Assembly (NCBI GenBank): GCA_963753345.1
Contig: CAVWBU010000027.1
Location: 256,001-320,000 of the forward strand
DNA from: an uncultured Fibrobacterota bacterium
GTDB taxonomy: Bacteria; Fibrobacterota; Chitinivibrionia; Chitinivibrionales; FEN-1185
Direction of reading: 5' to 3'
Length of the DNA: 64,000 bases
The notes under the pieces were generated by a model. It searched no databases. It had not been told where the DNA came from and saw only the letters and a list, made by a program, of their open reading frames with translations. The stretch's first letter is position 1. Each line of letters opens with the position of its first letter. The position numbers and the translations under genes are program-made. Shown here piece after piece: positions 61,040-64,000 of this stretch.

Positions 61040-61767
61040 TTGACAAGAAGGTATCGGTCGTTGTGCCGGCATACAACGCGGCCCGCACTCTCGAAGAGGT
61101 TATTGCGCGGATTCCGCTCAAATTATGGGAATCCATATCGCGGGTGTGGATCATCAACGACGGCTCCACAGACGGCACGCGAGGGGTTGTCGACGCGCTG
61201 TGCGCCGCGAACGGAAGGATAAGGGCAAGACATTTCGGCATCAACCGCGGCTACGGCAAGGCAGTGCGCGAAGGACTTTTCCAATGCCGGGAAGATGGAT
61301 GCGATTTTGCCGTTTGCCTTCACGCCGACGGCCAGTATCCGCCGGAGGCGATTCCCGGGTTTGTCGAAACAATGGCCGACCGCGGCATCGACCTTCTGCA
61401 GGGCTCGCGCATCGCTTCAGGCACTGCCCTGTCGGGAGGAATGCCGGTTTACAAATATGTTGCCAACAGGATTCTGACGTTCTTTGAAAATATCGTATTC
61501 GGATTGTCGTTAAGCGATTATCACAGCGGCATGCTGCTGTACAGCAGAAAGGCTCTCGATTCGCTGCCGTTTGACCGCTTGAGTGCGAGTTTTGATTTCG
61601 ACCTCGAAGTGATAGCGGTGTGCCGCGCCAGGGGCCTTGCAATTGCCGAACTGCCGATTCCAACGCGGTATGCCGGTGAAGTGTCGCATCTCAACCCTGT
61701 AACCTATGGCCTGCGGGTGCTGCGCGTGATGGCGGAATATCTGGCCGGAAGGTACAACACGCTATGA
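61021..61767 (+). CDS. GT2 glycosyltransferase (DPM1-like)
   Basis: VVPAYN, NDGSTD, NRGYG, HADGQY, GSR, ELPIPTRY. Confidence 0.9.
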   Translation: MHGGSLIDKKVSVVVPAYNAARTLEEVIARIPLKLWESISRVWIINDGSTDGTRGVVDALCAANGRIRARHFGINRGYGKAVREGLFQCREDGCDFAVCLHADGQYPPEAIPGFVETMADRGIDLLQGSRIASGTALSGGMPVYKYVANRILTFFENIVFGLSLSDYHSGMLLYSRKALDSLPFDRLSASFDFDLEVIAVCRARGLAIAELPIPTRYAGEVSHLNPVTYGLRVLRVMAEYLAGRYNTL

Positions 61768-62666
61768 TCCTTGTAACCGGCGGAACCGGCGCCATGGGCA
61801 GCGTGCTTGTGAGGATGCTCGCGGAACAAAAGAAGAAGGTCCGCGTGATCTGCCTGCCCAACGACCCGTTTACGGCCCGGATCAAGAATATCGCCTTTGA
61901 CATCCGATATGCCGACATTGCTAACAAAGTTGACATCCGCAATGCGTGCGAGGGTGTGGAAACCGTGTACCATCTGGCGGCAATCATCATCTCAAAGGAT
62001 GAGAAAGCATTTACGGACATCAATGTTGAGGGAACGAGAAACATCGTTGCCGAAGCGGCACGGTCGGGAGTGAAACATTTCATCTATGTTTCTTCGGCAT
62101 CGGTTACCTATCCCGCCCCTACGCCCTATTCGCTTTCGAAACGCGCGGCAGAGGAAATCGTCAAAACGTCCGGCCTCGTCCACACGATTCTCAGGCCGAC
62201 GCTTGTGTACGGAGAGAAAGGCGGCCAGGAATTCGACATGTATCTTGACTACCTGAGGAAATTTCCGGTCGTCCCCTTCATCGGGAACGGCGCCGCGCTC
62301 AAGCGGCCGGTGTATGTGGAGGATGTCAACGCGGGTATGCTTGCCGCGTGCGGCAACGAAAAATCATTCGGTAAGACCTACAATCTCAGCGGCGGCGAGG
62401 CAATCAGCATGATCGGTTTTACGCGGTTGTGCCTGCGGCTTCTTGGAATGGAACGCAAGCCGGTGCTGTGTCTCCCCGTGTGGCTGTGCAGGGTCATCGC
62501 CTTTCTCATGAGACTTGTCATGCGCGACCCGCCGCTCAAATGGCAGGTGATTGCGGGAATTATTCAGGATGCAAACCTCGATCCGTGGGAGGCTATGGAA
62601 GATCTGGGATATGCGCCGATGAAAGTTTCGGAAGGATTGCCGAAGGTGTTTCCGAGGAAAGCGTAG
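61764..62666 (+). CDS. NAD-dependent epimerase/dehydratase (SDR)
   Basis: VTGGTGAMG, HLAA, YSLSK, LRPTLVYG. Confidence 0.88.
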   Translation: MILVTGGTGAMGSVLVRMLAEQKKKVRVICLPNDPFTARIKNIAFDIRYADIANKVDIRNACEGVETVYHLAAIIISKDEKAFTDINVEGTRNIVAEAARSGVKHFIYVSSASVTYPAPTPYSLSKRAAEEIVKTSGLVHTILRPTLVYGEKGGQEFDMYLDYLRKFPVVPFIGNGAALKRPVYVEDVNAGMLAACGNEKSFGKTYNLSGGEAISMIGFTRLCLRLLGMERKPVLCLPVWLCRVIAFLMRLVMRDPPLKWQVIAGIIQDANLDPWEAMEDLGYAPMKVSEGLPKVFPRKA

Positions 62667-62760
62667 ATGCGTGAAAGCGTCGATGTGTGAATGCGTTGAT
62701 GCGTGTATGCGAAAATTACCGGTATTTTCTTACTTTGTCTCTTTGTCACTTTGTTACTTT
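62666..62760. repeat. Degenerate octamer repeats
   Basis: gatgcgtg-type units followed by xactttgt-type units. Confidence 0.5.
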
Positions 62761-62776
62761 TCTACAGGAGGTCTTT

Positions 62777-63313
62777 ATGAAACGTCTCATGACCGGTGTT
62801 TTCGCCTTTTCATTCGCTCTCATGCTTTCATTTTCAGCTTGTGCGCAATCAGATTCGGCTGCCGCTGCCAAGCCGGCCCCCAAGTCCGCAAAGACTGTTA
62901 AGGCGGAAAAAGCATCTCCGGCCGCTGCCGCAAAAACCACGCCGACAAAAGCCTCCGGCGACACCCTTGTCCTCATCGCGCGCATCACCGAAATCCCGGG
63001 CAAATTCGCGTCCAACGACCTGTACAATTATGTTTACGTCATGAAATACCGGGTCCTGTCGGTGGTGAAAGGCGCGTACAAGCCGCAGGAGATTCTTGTG
63101 GGACACTACAATCCGCTCATTCCCCGTGCCCAGATCAAGGACGCCATGAAGAAGAATGTCGCGGGCACCGTGGAAAAATTCGAAGTGGGCGGCAAGCAGA
63201 AACTGTGGCTTGTCACGCCGATTGAAAAAGTGTGGAAGGACGCGGTGGACGACGAATATTCCGATTCGGACCTTGGTAAATACTACGCCGTGCGGGCCGA
63301 CATCGTACAATAG
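62777..63313 (+). CDS. Secreted protein with Ala/Lys/Pro-rich linker
   Basis: AGGAGG RBS; signal MKRLMTGVFAFSFALMLSFSACA. Confidence 0.7.
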   Translation: MKRLMTGVFAFSFALMLSFSACAQSDSAAAAKPAPKSAKTVKAEKASPAAAAKTTPTKASGDTLVLIARITEIPGKFASNDLYNYVYVMKYRVLSVVKGAYKPQEILVGHYNPLIPRAQIKDAMKKNVAGTVEKFEVGGKQKLWLVTPIEKVWKDAVDDEYSDSDLGKYYAVRADIVQ

Positions 63314-63352
63314 CACGATCCACCACACCGGACATCGCTGGGAGAAACTCGC

Positions 63353-64000
63353 ATGGTTTTTTCATCGCAGATATTCCTCTTCTATTTTCTGCCGTTTTTT
63401 CTGACGGTCTATTTCCTTCTTCCGTTCAAGTGGAAGGGAATGTACATCAAGAACGTCTGGATTACGGTGATGAGCTATGTCTTTTACGGCTGGCTTGTAC
63501 CCTGGTTCACGCTTCTTCTTTTTATCACCTCCTACAAAGACTATTTGTGCGCCCAGATCATTGTGAAGCCGGGCATAAAAAAAGAGCGCCGCAAATTCGC
63601 GCTCGTATTCGCCATCGTCACCGACCTGCTGTTGCTCGGGTTCTTCAAGTACTATATGTTTTTCATGGGCGGCGTTAACGGCCTGCTGCACATTTGCGGC
63701 GGTCCGACCCACACGTTTCATATTCTGCAGGTGCTTCTGCCTTCGGGCATTTCCTTCTATACGTTCGTGGCGCTTTCGTACGTTATTGACGTTTACAGAG
63801 GCGATGCGAAGCAGGCGCCTTCGTTCGGCGCGTTCTCATGCTTTCTCGGCCTGTTTCCCCACCTCATCGCAGGCCCCATCATTCGCTACCAGAGCGTGGC
63901 CGACCAGCTGATGGAGCGCGAGCATTCCATTGACAAGTTCGCAAGCGGCGCCGCCATCTTTGTCCTTGGTTTCGCAAAGAAGATCCTGCTTGCCGACACG
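63353..64000 (+). CDS. MBOAT O-acyltransferase, AlgI/PatA-like (runs off the window)
   Basis: Hand translation MVFSSQIFLFYFLP..SYVFYGW..LGFFKY..LPSGISFYTF..YVIDVYRG..FPHLIAGPIIRY..GFAKK. Confidence 0.92.
   Translation, partial: MVFSSQIFLFYFLPFFLTVYFLLPFKWKGMYIKNVWITVMSYVFYGWLVPWFTLLLFITSYKDYLCAQIIVKPGIKKERRKFALVFAIVTDLLLLGFFKYYMFFMGGVNGLLHICGGPTHTFHILQVLLPSGISFYTFVALSYVIDVYRGDAKQAPSFGAFSCFLGLFPHLIAGPIIRYQSVADQLMEREHSIDKFASGAAIFVLGFAKKILLADT

Overview
This is a bacterial chromosomal window. Gene style (many lipoproteins, PilZ proteins, FHA/Ser-Thr kinase genes) tentatively suggests Fibrobacterota, which is a low-confidence inference. (1) 1-3.5 kb: a cobalamin riboswitch controls a BtuB-like TonB receptor and a BtuG-like beta-propeller lipoprotein. 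(2) 3.5-31.7 kb: a repeat-rich defence island, almost entirely on the minus strand. It holds a RAYT transposase, a GIY-YIG nuclease inside a 111-bp REPIN-like array, type I RM (hsdR-AlbA-hsdM-hsdS), an OLD nuclease, DUF2130, a stand-alone WYL protein, a His-Me-like protein, dual-OB plus two DUF488 genes, an SF1 helicase-DUF2726, a DUF429-like nuclease and a PHP-ATPase. These are interleaved with a 972-bp duplication carrying a receiver gene, several dispersed repeat families and scars of RM and toxin genes. (3) 31.8-44 kb: yraN, a Ser/Thr kinase, an FHA-ABC exporter, gmk, a B12 radical SAM, a DMT protein and a large kinase-AAA-GAF-His kinase. (4) 44-51.5 kb: an unusual putative lipid or secondary-metabolite cluster (START-2xPilZ, acyl-ACP reductase-like, ACP, acyl-AMP ligase, B12 radical SAM, ThDP enzyme). 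(5) 51.8-56.4 kb: bioC-D-A-F-H. (6) 56.9-64 kb: lipoproteins and a glycan locus with a plant-like UDP-apiose/xylose synthase, GT2, an SDR and an AlgI-type MBOAT. Several genes are split by frameshifts, probably assembly indels. All family assignments come from recognising motifs by eye; no searches were run.
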